Shown one piece after another: positions 34,211-46,285 of a stretch of DNA of 64,000 nucleotides (positions are counted from its first letter, which is position 1; every line of letters starts with the position of its first letter). Location of the stretch: the NCBI GenBank assembly GCA_002269645.1, contig NIVC01000151.1, positions 62,001 to 126,000 of the forward strand, given 5' to 3'. The notes beneath the pieces are model-generated. The model worked only from the letters and a program-made list of their open reading frames with translations. It did not search any database and was not told the DNA's origin. The translations under genes were made by a program, and so were the position numbers. This DNA comes from Macrostomum lignano (lineage: Eukaryota).

Positions 34211-36009
34211 TCAGCCGGCCGGTCGGCACTCCACATCAAACACGAGATGCGCCACGCGGGGAGCGTACCATTTCACGAACTGGATGCGCGCCACTCTGAC
34301 GCGCCAGCCAGGCGGCATGTGGCGCCGAAGTTCGCGCGCCATCGAGGCGGCCATGGACAGCCAGGCCGGGTGCGGGCGCGACCGGCTGCAGACTGGTGGC
34401 GTCTCGGCCGCTTCCGCCAGCGGGTCCTCGTCGCAGTCAGCGGCGTCTGGCGGCGGCAGCTCCGCTGCAGGCGCATGCGGAGAGTTCAGGAAAGCCGCGT
34501 GTGCAGCGGCTGTTGCGGCGCGGTCTTTGTAGAAGCAATTAGAGGTGATTGCTAAGCCGCCAAAGGCGCCATCGCTGCTCCCGCGAACAGACAGGTCTTT
34601 GTCAGTTCTAGAAGCATCCTCGGAGTCTTTGTCGCTTCCATCAGCATTCGGATGGTCTTTGTTGCAGCCGGTCGCCTCCCTGGGCGAGTCGCAGTTCTCG
34701 TGCACGTGCAGCCAGCCGCCGGCGGGCCGCAGGCAGCGGCAGGCGGCTGGCCAGGACAGGCGGGAGCTGGGCACGAGGCCCAGGAGCACTCGGTCCGCCA
34801 GGCCGGCGGGCGCCACCAGCCGGTTGTCGCCCTGCAGGACGCGGCAGCGCGACTCGCCGATGCGATTGTTCTGCAGGTTGCGGCGCAGCCAGCGCAGGGC
34901 AGCCGGGTTCCAGTCGATGGCGATCACCTGGGCGATCCCGGTGCGGGCCAGCAGCGGCAGCGTGAAGTAACCGATGCCTGCCAGGGAGCCAGGGTGCGCA
35001 GGTGGTGCGGATACAAATGGAGGGATAACCTGAGGCTGTGGGAATGGGGATAACCTGAGGCTGTGGGAATGGGGATAACCTGAGGCTGTGGGAATGGGGA
35101 TAACCTGAGGCTGTGGGAATGGGGATAACCTGAGGCTGTGGGAATGGGGATAACCTGAGGCTGTGGGAATGGGGATAAACTGAGGCTGTGGGAATGGGGA
35201 TAACCTGAGGCTGTGGGAATGGGGATAACCTGAGGCTGTGGGAATGGGGATAACCTGAGGCTGTGGGAATGGGGATAACCTGAGGCTGTGGGAATGGGGA
35301 TAACCTGAGGCTGTGGGAATGGGGATAACCTGAGGCTGTGGGAATGGGGATAACCTGAGGCTGTGGGAATGGGGATAACCTGAGGCTGTGGGAATGGGGA
35401 TAACCTGAGGCAATGGGAATGGGGATAACCTAGTTAAGGCTGCGGGGATCGGGGCAACCTAAAGTTATAGCATAACTGAAGTCAGGAACGCCCTGATCTC
35501 ACCGGCAAACAGATCAACAATGCAGGACTCGCTGCCATCAGCAGCGGCCGCTGCCACCAGCGGCACCAGGCGATGCCTCTCGGCCGCGTTGCCCCGGCTG
35601 AACATGCAGTCGGCAATGTCCCAGGATAACGAGACTCCGTGCTCAACGCAGGTGGCCACGGTGGCGCTGGCGGGGTCGCAGCCGGGCTCGGTGTACAGCA
35701 AGCGGCTGCGCGAGCTCCGGACTCCATCGCGGGCGACGCGGCGAACGACGGCCAGCCGGCGAACTTTCAGTAAGCCGCAGACGGTCGGCCACAGCCGGCC
35801 CGAGGCGGCCAGCTCGGCGAAGCTGGGGTGGTCCAGGGTGCCCTCTGGGAACAGCGCCAGGTCGCCGTAGCGGCTGTAGCTGCGGGGCAGCTGCGCCAGC
35901 CAAGCCGGCTGGGGGGCCGCGCAGCCAGTGGCCTCAGCTGCTGCCGCCAGCAAGCTGTGGGCGAGCTGCTCACGCCAGGACTGCAGCGGGGATTTGGACC
36001 TTTGAGTGG
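34211..36009 (-). CDS. TRMT12: tRNA wybutosine-synthesizing protein 2 (Met10/Trm5-like SAM transferase): exons ~36009-35503 and 34977-34211, 5' end unresolved
   Basis: LPRSYSRYGDLALF, WDIADCMFSRGNAAERHR, IVDLFAG|IGYFTLP, IDWNPAA, QGDNR, ADRVLLGLVPSS..WP.AC..GGWLHVH and VKWYAPRVAHLVFDVEC match TYW2. Phase-1 GT-AG intron. Confidence 0.92.
35023..35435. repeat. 25-bp minisatellite in the TRMT12 intron
   Basis: (GGGATAACCTGAGGCTGTGGGAATG)n. Confidence 0.95.
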
Positions 36010-36029
36010 CTGCTTGGTTGTCAGGCAAC

Positions 36030-36515
36030 AGGGACAGGAATAGGAGCAATAACAGTGACAGGGACAGGGACAGGAATAGGAGCAATAACAGTGACAGGGA
36101 CAGGAATAGAAGCAATGACCGTGACAGGGACAGGGACAGGGATAGAAGCAATGATAGGGATAGGGATGGAGATATAAGCAATGACAGTGACAGGGACAGG
36201 GACAGGGATAGAAGCAATGATAGGGATAGGGATGGAGATATAAGCAATGACAGTGACAGGGACAGGAATAGAAGCAATGATGGGGACAGAGACAAGAATA
36301 GGAGCAATGACATGGACAAGGACAGGACAGGAATAGGAGCTATGAGAGTTACAGGGACAGGGATAAGAACAAGGTGGGGACAAGGATGGGTGCAGGAACA
36401 GAGACAAGGTGGACAAGGACAGGGATAAGGACAGAGATATGATAGAAACAAGGACAGGGATATGATAAAAACAAGGACAGGGATATGATAGAAACAAGGA
36501 CAGGGATAGGGACAA
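36030..36515. repeat. Purine-rich GACAGG/GATAGG-based minisatellite (related tract at 37160-37290)
   Basis: GACAGGGACAGGAATAGGAGCAATAACAGT-type units. Confidence 0.85.
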
Positions 36516-37859
36516 GGGTATTGTTTTGCCGTAGCTATGACTATGGCTATGGGATCCTATAGAAAATATAGTAAAATAGGTGCCTACGGCAACTATGGAT
36601 ACACCTACAGTAGCTAGCTGCTCTTATGGCTATGACTATAGAAATATGGTAGTTGCTGTCATATTCTGTAGATTCCCATAGCTATAGTTATTAATTTAAA
36701 AAAATTAAAAAATATTAGAAACACAAATAGGTAGAGTAAAACAAAGATACTTTGGTAAACTATATTATAGACTTAAAAACTTATAAATTATATCTAATAA
36801 AGTACAATAAAACATTAGCAAACTCTAACTTTTATTAATGTCAAAAAGTTCAGCAGTAGTACTTTTAATAGTGATTAAGTATCATTACTCTTTGTATAAA
36901 GATGAGTTATAATCTTATAAAGGCAACTGAGTGTTTGTTTTATTTTCTACCTTAATTTGCAGTTGTTTAAGTTCTAGGTTATCTTCGTGGTTCAAAATAT
37001 TTGTTTCTTAGACTTTTCTTAAAACTATAGCTAAGGCTATGGGAACTATAAGAATATAATAATATTGAGGTTTCTACAACTATGGAATATAGAAAATCGG
37101 AATAAGCCATAGTTTTGCTTATGGCTATGGCTATGGCACATGGACCCTCTTTATGGCAGAACACTAGACAAGGGCAAGGAAAGAAATAAAGACAAGCATA
37201 AGGATAGGGACACAGATAAGACAAAGATAAGCATAGGGATAGGGACACAGATAAGACAAAGACAAAGACAGAGACAAACACAAAGGTAGAGACAAATATC
37301 TTAGTCTAATTAAGAACATGAGCACTATCAGACGATCAGTATCACTTTTTGTTATGCAAAATGTTTTGCCTTGCATCAGGCATTGTCAGGCTCTTAAAAT
37401 TTAGTTACAATTTATTTGTTTATTTATTTATATTTAACAATTTAGACAAAAATGGGTTGGTAAAAGTTAGAAATGTATATATAGATTAACAGTAGATTGC
37501 ACAATCCAGCAGAGCACTCACAAAGTGCAATGAGGGGAGAGAGATAGAGAGAGAGGCTAGATATTTTTATTTTTTATTAATGAATAATAAATTATTTAAA
37601 AAAGAATATTTTATCTTTTCTAAATATTTCTAAAAAAAATTCTAAATATAATTCATTTATTAAGCCTACAAAGGTTGCTAATTGTATAAAAAGTTAGTGA
37701 TATAAAGATTGAAATAAAATTTTATTAAAGACTTAATAGATTGAAAAAGTAGGCCTACTTACTACCTGCTGGGCTAGGCTAGCTAGCAATATAATTGTTG
37801 CCTAGCCCAAATTCATTTAGTTTTCATATATTTAGGCCTAAACCTAGCCTTGTCCAGCT

Positions 37860-37982
37860 ATAATCGGCTTTCTTCAAGTTTCGTTCGTTTAATTCTAACA
37901 CCCACCCCCCACCACCCTTGAATAGAGGGCGAAATAATTCCGGAAATAATTAAACGAACGAAACTTGAAGATAGCCGATTAT
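37860..37982. mobile_element. Small MITE-like inverted repeat
   Basis: ATAATCGGCT..CTTCAAGTTTCGTTCGTTTAATT and AATTAAACGAACGAAACTTGAAG..AGCCGATTAT form arms of about 35 bp. No clear TSD. Confidence 0.6.
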
Positions 37983-40083
37983 CGGTATAGATTGATAGAT
38001 TGATATCGATATAGATTGCCCTATAATCTAACTATACTTCTAAATATACTTCATATCTAAGGTTTGCATGCTTTCTTGCTTGTACTATACTGTAAATAAA
38101 TGTTAATTAAATTTATAATATTAGGTCTCACTTCCCGTTCTAGGTCGATTTCTAAGAATGTGAAATTTAAAACAGATATCCTGAAATCGTGATATCTTAA
38201 TAGGACTGACAGAGTCATAGATGTCAAGTAAGAAACGGGGGGCTAGTGGAGCAATGCCTTTTGATGTTGGGGCTAGACATGCACCCATGCACGTTTATTA
38301 AAAAATCCTATATTTTCACTTCACCAGTCTATGCTTGGAAGCTTTATTTTGTCTTTCATTTATTACACGAATGCTTCTGGCCCCAAGCTTATCAAATCGT
38401 TTCTACTTCCATGTAAGGTGATTGTTCAAGTCGACCTTGGTCTTTTTTAGTCCTTATTTACAGGATCTTTAGCGTAGCTACAGACCGTAGCTTCATATTA
38501 TCTGCGGAAGTTCAGAGGTCAAATTTGAGAAATAACTGCATGGGAATTACTTTCTTGCATTTCACCTTTTTAAGCGATAGTTGGCCGTCGCCCGCGGCCA
38601 GCTTTAACCGAGACCGGCTCCACTACTATACCTCGCGGACCCAACGGCCCTCCCCGCGGGCCTGGACACGACGACGCTTGCGGGCCCGAAGAACATCCCC
38701 ATGGCTCATCATCCGCGGTTCCTTCAGGCTACTAAACCTCTGTCTTCACTACCTAGGACCACGCTGCAGACAGGTCTGGCGCAGAGACAACCCTGACCGG
38801 CCCCGCGCACAAGAATATGCACTTCCATTGATTAGCGGAATGGGCGACGCTCACCTCCCCGTTTGCGTCTTTTGACCGCGCCCTGCGGCTAAGTCAAATA
38901 AGTCAAGTAGCGTCAAATTAATTTTAGAACTTCTTTAAAAGAAAACAGCAATTCATCATTGATTCGATCATTTCTCGCGTCGGCCGTGCGAAAATTTTGA
39001 GTCAAGAAATCTAGTATACATGTACAGTACATGTGGCCGGTTCACTGTTGCTCGCCCCGGTCAGAAACCACCTCGATATATCAATAATTTTTACTCGTAA
39101 TTTAAATTTTTCATTTTTAAATCGATGAAATTTACTAGTTAGATGCATGGTTGTTTTTTTATTTCCGACCACATGTGCTGTTAATTCAGATTGAATCTTG
39201 AAGATGCATGCAAGTATGCCGACGGCGTCAGTGCAGCAAAAATAGTCTTTTGGCAATTTTTTATGAGGATGGCATGCGGCTAGATTTACGGGAGTTCACG
39301 AGGAAAATTTTGAAGGGAGGGGCAGATTACTAAGGTTACTTTTCCTTTGATTATTTATGTATTCGATAATGTATTGCCCATAGCTATAAAAAGTTTAAAA
39401 CAACAAACGCGCGTCCTTTGCGCCCCCTCACTAAATCCGCTACTATCGAGGCGCATGACTTGTTGCTGCAGTAGCGGGCAACTCGCAACAAACGAGGAGG
39501 AACTATAGTTGACTTTAAATTCCTATTCCATGTGATCCCTGAGCACAATTCAACGTAGGCAACAAGCACTGTGCACTGCCTAGGTGCACATGTACCCGGT
39601 ACAGCGGTCCTGATTTTCTCAAAGTCAGGCCAGGAATGCACACAGTCTTGAGGGCTAAATGGCCTTGCTCGGAAGTGAATCCCATAATGTCCGCGTGCAC
39701 GCACTCAAAATTGCTGCTTGCCGCGCTGAAGAAAATCCATGCCCAGGTACTTCGGAGCGAGAGTCAGCCTGCCGCGTACTTCCCGATATACCATAGGGCT
39801 ATATTCCCGCTCTTGTGACGGCGCTCGGCTGCTTAGGGATTGGAGCTAATTGTTACTCTTCTCTATTCCCTTGCGGACACGACTGTCAAGTTTTAGAGTC
39901 CTCAATGCCATCTCCCATATTCCCGCGCCAATAATTGCATTGCGTGCCCGAAATCCGCTGCTTCGCCTCTCGATCCTCATGCTAATTGAGCCTCTCAAAT
40001 ATTGAAACTCAGCCACAGCAGGCTGATTAGCAGCCGCTTGTGACCGACTTTCAGCGCCAAAGGCCAGGTGACGGAGCCGCCAG

Positions 40084-40472
40084 CATGGATGAATGAATAG
40101 AATGGATTGCTATTCTGGCTCTGGCTATTTTCGTTTTTGACTCTTTTGCATCCGGTTCCCCCCGTGCCTTTTCATTGGTTGATGATTGCCATAGACAATT
40201 TTCGGCCTTCGCCCCTTTCTTTCGATGCACAAGCGAAAAGAACTGAGAATGTCAGTTACTTGCAGAGAATATCGAGCGCTCGTAGGTCTTCCCCCTTTAT
40301 TTCAAAACACGAGCGAAAGCGCTTGTGCATCGAAAGAAAGGGGCGAAGGCCGAAAATTGTCTATGGCAATCATCAACCAATGAAAAGGCACGGGGGGGAA
40401 CCGGATGCAAAAGAGTCAAAAACGAAAATAGCCAGAGCCAGAATAGCAATCCATTCTATTCATTCATCCATG
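40084..40472. mobile_element. Young P-like/hAT-like MITE with ~152-bp near-perfect TIRs and 8-bp TSD
   Basis: Arms 40084-40235 and 40320-40472 start CATGGATGAATGAATAG. TSD GCCGCCAG lies at 40076-40083 and 40473-40480. Confidence 0.88.
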
Positions 40473-40780
40473 GCCGCCAGCGCCAGCCAAGCGGTGCGCC
40501 GCTGAGGTATTTGCGAGCGATGTTGCACCTTTAATTAATTATGAACTGCTTGGGGTCTCCAATCTCACTTATCCGATTTGACTTTTCTCCCTAGCAGGGT
40601 TTTCGATTTCGGCTGAGTAGCAAAGGGAATAATAGATTGATCTGCTTTCAATTTTAACGCAAAGATTCACTTTCCAGCTTTAATTAATTAAGGGCAGAGC
40701 AGCGCTGCGGTAAGCGCGTCTTATTCTCGAGCTGGTTCGAATCCGTTGGCGGCCACAACTCATTTGGGGTTGTGCACGAA

Positions 40781-42510
40781 CAGTGGCGGCGCAGGACCTC
40801 CAGCTGGGGGGGGGGGGCGGTGGTTGGGTGGTCACCCCCCCGGCTGGGTGGTCACCCCCAGAAAAAATTATCAAAAAAAATTATCATTAAAGTTGATCTA
40901 AGATCCTTAACTCTTCAATAATTAAATGTAATTATGTAAATACTTTCAAGCACATAGTAAAAATACTTTACAGACAATCAAATACCTTCAGTCTTCAGAT
41001 GACCCAATGATTGTCCTACAGGTTCCATCGTATGATCTTCATGCCCTCAGTTGAGGCGGTTCCACGGGCCATGGCCACTCCCATTGAGCCTGACAAGTGC
41101 AGTCGATCTCTTGGACGGTTGGGCCAACAGATGATCAGGATCCAGGTTGACTTGATGGACAGAAATATTTCAGTTTTCAGCAACTGCGAGTGCGACATAC
41201 TACTTGAACTAGAGTGCACCAAGGCGGGACTTCTTTTTGGCAAAGGTATTGATGATTTTGCTGAAGTCCAGAGCTTTGGCCTCTTCCTGCTCAATGGAAA
41301 GGATGGAGAGACCATCAAGCCGAGCTTGAGACATGGTTGACCGTAGGTAACTATTGATGAGCTTCAGCTTTGAAAAGCTTCTTTCGCAGGATGCAACAGA
41401 CACAGCCGAGGTCAAAAACAGCCGCAACAGCACAATGAGGTTAGGCAGGACATCCTGTAGCTCCATCCTGAGAGCCCATTGTAGCACTTCCTCTGCAGTG
41501 GACTTCTCATTGATCTCGCTAGGCACCAATCTTCGGAGTCGATGAACTTCGACCTCAATGTCTTTAGAGATATCCTTGGGGAAGGTCTCTACAACTTTTT
41601 CCACCTCCTCTCCAATGTTTCTTTTTGTGAAGAGGACGTCAATGAGGCAGAAAATATCGCAGGTCGATTTGATGGCGTCAAATCTGGAAGAAAGCTCCTG
41701 ACACAACCTGTCATGGGATGATAGTAATTGCCTTCGAATTTCTTCCTTTGGGGTCAAGCCCGCATCTTGGCGTTCTCTCCTGGCATCCTCTTTCGTCGTG
41801 GCATGCGTTTCTCCATCGTGACCCCCATTTTCTCACAGAGGGACTCTGCCTCATGGACTGCATCACTGACAACATCTTCTCGTGACTGATTCAAAAAGCG
41901 CTCAAGCCCAACAACACGAACCTTAGTTGAGTCAAGACCCAATCCTCTCTGTTGAAAAGCCTCTTGAACGACGTTGATCTCCTTCAGGATGGGCTCCCAA
42001 TAGTGCAGATGGGCAAAGAACGAGAAGGAGCAGATGCCCGTGGACAGAGAAATTGCCTCCGACCTTGTGTCGGCAGAGAAGGTTTGGTCTTTGCTCATGT
42101 TGTCCAGTACATCCAGGATATTCTCCAGTCGAGCCCGTAGAGCTCGTACGGCCTCATAGTGAGCATTCCATCTCGTCTCAACTAGCCTCTTTGGCTTGAG
42201 GCCTTGCCCATCAATGTCGATCTGGGCTTCCAAAGCAGCCCAACGACCAGTCGAAGCCGAGAAGAAAGTGAAGACTCTCTGAACAGTCCCGAAGAAGGTC
42301 ACAGCCCCTACAGTTGTGGAACATGCGTGTGATCCGGCGAGGTTGAGGCTGTGATTGGAGCAAGGGATAAACCTTGTGTTATGTCTTGAAGAAGCCACAC
42401 ACGATAATTGTAGCGATGGTATGCGAGTCTGGCTCGTCTTAGATATGATCAGCTCTGATCTTTCTCGCTTTATTATCTCCAAGCTCATCGACTTGGATTG
42501 CTTCACGACC
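40781..42510 (-). mobile_element. hAT DNA transposon, 3' part (ZMYM1-like transposase with a frameshift near 41757)
   Basis: ORFs 42506-41754 (FIPCSNHSLNL..RW..L..TRW..YEA) and 41757-41209 (SVASCERSFSKLKLINSYLRSTMSQARL..LSIE, hAT dimerisation domain). The terminus CAGTGGCGGC is at 40781. The 5' part is cut by the gypsy LTR. Confidence 0.9.
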
Positions 42511-42616
42511 TGTAGCCATAGCTTTTCATTAGAGTCTATGGCTCGACATGGCTATTCGTACGTAGCAAGAATAATAAATAAAACTCTGCCTTTATACTTA
42601 AGGCTAGTATGCAACA
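42511..42616 (-). repeat. 106-bp 3' LTR of the gypsy element
   Basis: Minus strand TGTTGCATAC...GGCTACA (TG...CA), directly preceded by the polypurine tract AAAAGAAGGGAGG (42629-42617). Confidence 0.8.
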
Positions 42617-45600
42617 CCTCCCTTCTTTTACAAAAATGAACTTGCACACTCTAACAGTTCAGATGCACTCGCAAGTTCACTCCTTGTAGTTGACGCGGGA
42701 CTTCCCACACAGACGGCGACTTCTCCTGGGGCCCAACTCCTCAGGCGTCAGTTCCAGCCGACCAGGCGTCAGCAGCTGTTGATGCTGCTGTGAGGGCTGT
42801 GTTCCGGAGTCCTCGGGGGGTGGTGGTAGCGGTTGTAAGTCTTCAGAAATGACACAGGAGCTTCTGCCGACGTTCTGACTGCTGTCCGACGCTCGCGCCC
42901 CGGCGGCTTGGTCTGTGTCAGCCTCGGTGTTGATCTCTGCTGCTTAACTATCGACTTGCATGGGACTATGCCTCTGGAGTTGATCCAGGTGGGCCTTCTT
43001 GTACAGATCGGGCCCCACCTTGATAGTGGCCATGTTTGAACCCGTTGGGCAAACTAGTGAAGCTTCTTGAGCCCGTCGGCCGGCTTTGTAGATTAGATGC
43101 TCGCCGGGTGCCCAGGTTGGCCTATTGGAGAGCAGTGGTGCTCGGATCTTTCTGCCGAACAGCAGTTCTGCGGGTGATGCTCTGCTCTTCCCACCAGATG
43201 CTCGATAGAACAACAGGTAGCGATCGATAACTGCTTGACTGAGTCCGTTTGCTTTGATGGCCTCCTTAATTGTCCGCACGAAACGTTCCGCCAAACCATT
43301 ACTTTGAGGGTGGTACGCCGGCGTTGTGATCAAGTTGCCACCGACTTTTGTCAGCCATTGACGGGTCTCATCACTGACGAAGCTCGGGCCGTTGTCTGAC
43401 ACCAGCTGATTTGGTACCCCTAGTTGAGAGAACGTTCGTCGCAGCCTACTCACAACTGTTGATGATAGCATGTCTTTCGTCAAGTGTACCTCCGGATAGC
43501 CCGAGTAAGCATCCACCAGTATCAGAAGATAACTTCCTTCAATGGGTCCTGCGAAATCCATATGCACTCTCGTCCATGGTCCTTCCGGTTCGGGCCACGA
43601 GATCCTGAAATTTCTGTTCTGAGGCTTGGCCATTCTACAAACACTGCAGCTCCCGACCTGCAGTTCCACCATTTTGTCCATGCCTGGCCACCAGTAGCCC
43701 TCCCGAAGCAACGACTTGGTTCGTGCAATGCCGAGGTGCACACTGTGTGCTGCAGAGACCGCTCTACTCCTCAGCGTCACGGGGACAACCAGCTTGTTTC
43801 CTCGAATTACTAAGCCGTCCTGAGTAGAAAGTTCACCAGCTAAAGGTTTGTACGCTCTGACCTCATCTGTACGGAAACGTCCTGTCTGGATAGCGTCAAC
43901 TAGTTTCGTTAGTTCTTGACACTTCCGGCTGTGACACCTTAACTCCTGTAGACTCAGCAGAGTTCCTTCGCAGACAGGGGCGTGTCCGACATGGTGAGTG
44001 GTCGCTGTGTTCGTCGGTTTAACCAATCTCGATAGTGCGTCGGACTTCATCTCGGCCGATCTTCTGTACGTGATGGTGTAACTGTATCCAGAGAGCGTGA
44101 TAGCCCACCTCTGAAGACGCGCCGACACACGCTCTGGTAGCTGGCTGTCGTGGCCGAAGATGAAGGTGAGTGGCCTGTGATCTGTCAGCAGCGAAAACTC
44201 GCGTCCGAATAGAAACCGGTGACAACGACGGACCGCCCACACGATAGCCAGAGCCTCTCGCTCGATCTGCGAATACTTCTTTTCTGCTGGTGACAGAACC
44301 TTGCTGACGAATATTATTGGCACGCCTTCTTGACTAAGAACTGCTCCGATTGCGACTTGTGAAGCATCACACTCAAGTTCAAGCTGCTTACTTGGGTCAT
44401 AGGTCGCCAGCATGGTCTCTTCAGTCAGGGCCGCCTTGATCCTTTGGAAGGCGGATTCTTCTGCGTTAGTCCACACGAACTCGCTATCCTTCCGCCTCAG
44501 CCTTGATAAAGGCTCGATCAGTTCAGCCAGATTTCTAATGAATCGACCGGAGAAGTTTATCATTCCTAGAAACGATTCCAGTTCGGCGATGCTTTTCGGA
44601 GCTGTCATCTCCCGGATGGCTCGAACTTTCTCCTCACTTGGCTTTATTACGCCAGATTCTAAGATGAAGCCCAGAAAGTGCACACGGTTCTTCGCCAACT
44701 GGCATTTAGACTCGTTGATCTTGAGCTTGTAGCATGCCAGCTGCTTTCTGACCGCCGACTCTCGTTGATTGAGCTCTTGCTTCGTTCGGCCGCCAATCAG
44801 GATATCGTCGACATACGCCACGGCCCCCGGGATGCCTAGAATCACCTCGGAGATAAACCGCTGGAAAATTGATGGCGCTGTTTTGATGCCGAAGACTAAC
44901 CGATTGAAGCGAAAATTCCCGAACGGGGTGGCCATCACTGTCAACTCCTTTGATGTTTCATCCAGCTCTATTTGATGGTACGCCTTCTTCAGGTCCAAAA
45001 TAGAGTAGAAATGACAACCGGTGACAGCTGAAAAAGCCTCCTCTGGGGTTGGCGATGGGTAACTGTCGTTCACAAGCTGAGGGTTTACTGTTTGCTTGTA
45101 GTCTACGCACAGTCGAATACCGCCATCTGACTTCTGGATGAGTACAATAGGAGACGCCCAGTTAGAGAACTTCACGGGTTCAATTATTCCGTCCCTCAGA
45201 AGCTCATCAAGTTCTGATCGAAGCTTGTACTTTAAAGCAAACGGAACTGAGCGTGCTTTCATGTACCTCGGTGTGGCGTCATCCTTGAGCTGTAGATGCG
45301 CCTTGAACCTGGTCTGAGCGTCGATCTCGGGCATCTCCTGTCCGGAATCCAGCACATGTGAGTGTCCAATCGATATTGCCTCCAGGTCAATGTGCACTAC
45401 ATCTCGCCCCAATAAGGCGAAGCTTCTGTTGGATGCCACAACATGGAACGTGACTTGAATCGGACCACCGTTCCAGACAGCTTGTAGCTCGAGTTGGCCT
45501 AGAAGGTCGAACTTATGGTCGTCCGTGTAGCCAATCAGTACAGCTTCACTGGGTTGCAGCCGCGGCTTACCCAAACTTCTCCACAAGCTGCTCGACATGA

Positions 45601-45910
45601 CAGATACAGTGGCCCCCGTATCGAGTTGACACTGAATCTGCCTGCTTTTACCCTTGACGGAGCACGGCAGCTGGATGGTCGGACAGGATCCTCCTCTGGT
45701 TGAGAGGGTGTTCGCGATCGCCAGGACATCTGCCGTCAGCACGTCTTCAGTCTTCGCTACGTGGTGTTGACTTCTGACTTTGGATCTGCACTGCTTTTCA
45801 AAATGGTTCGGCTTACCGCACTTGCGACAGGTTTTGCCGATGGCTGGACACTCTGATTTATTTGATCCACATGTGCATTTATAGTCCACAGATGCATTCA
45901 GATTCAGCAA
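42511..45910 (-). mobile_element. Ty3/gypsy LTR retrotransposon, 5'-truncated, with near-intact gag(end)-pol ORF 45910-42944
   Basis: One frame carries the zinc knuckle CRKCGKPNHFEKQC, protease LDTGA, RT YVDD, RNase H CDAS..EREALAIVWA..TDHRPL and integrase HSVH..CSVC, HMDFAGP, SDNGP, SNGLAERFV. A TAA at 42946-42944 is followed by 88 open codons ending RRSRR..NYKE*. Confidence 0.95.
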
Positions 45911-46285
45911 AGCAACAGAAAGCGCAGGTGACGCAGGTGCAAGTGGGGAAAAAACTGAATCTCAGTGAATTCAACGGTCTTTTCACTTAGCTTTTTTTAA
46001 AAAACTTGTGAGTTACTAGCTGTCACGAACTTTGCTCCGAGGGCTTCCAATATGTAGCCAGCGTAATTGGATAGCTTAAATAATTTTGATTGGGCAAGCA
46101 CAGCGGCCTCATGTCCGAAATGAGCGCAAAGCTGCTTCAACGTCCATCATCAATCCGGAGCGTAGTATGAGAGAAGCAAAATCGCCACTGTGAGGGCGGC
46201 CACCGCCATGCGGTAAAGAAAATACCACAGCCGCAGGGCCATCAGCTCTTCACAGATGATGTGTTCCTTATTACCCGACTTTCGA

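Noticed and set aside
38525-38875. GC-rich island as the missing TRMT12 first exon
   Set aside because: The minus-strand frames show no TYW2-like sequence or suitable ATG and donor. The plus-strand ORF is unrecognisable.
40690-40765. tRNA-like sequence (GGTTCGAATCC B-box)
   Set aside because: No acceptor or anticodon stems could be folded. At most a decayed tRNA-derived SINE fragment.
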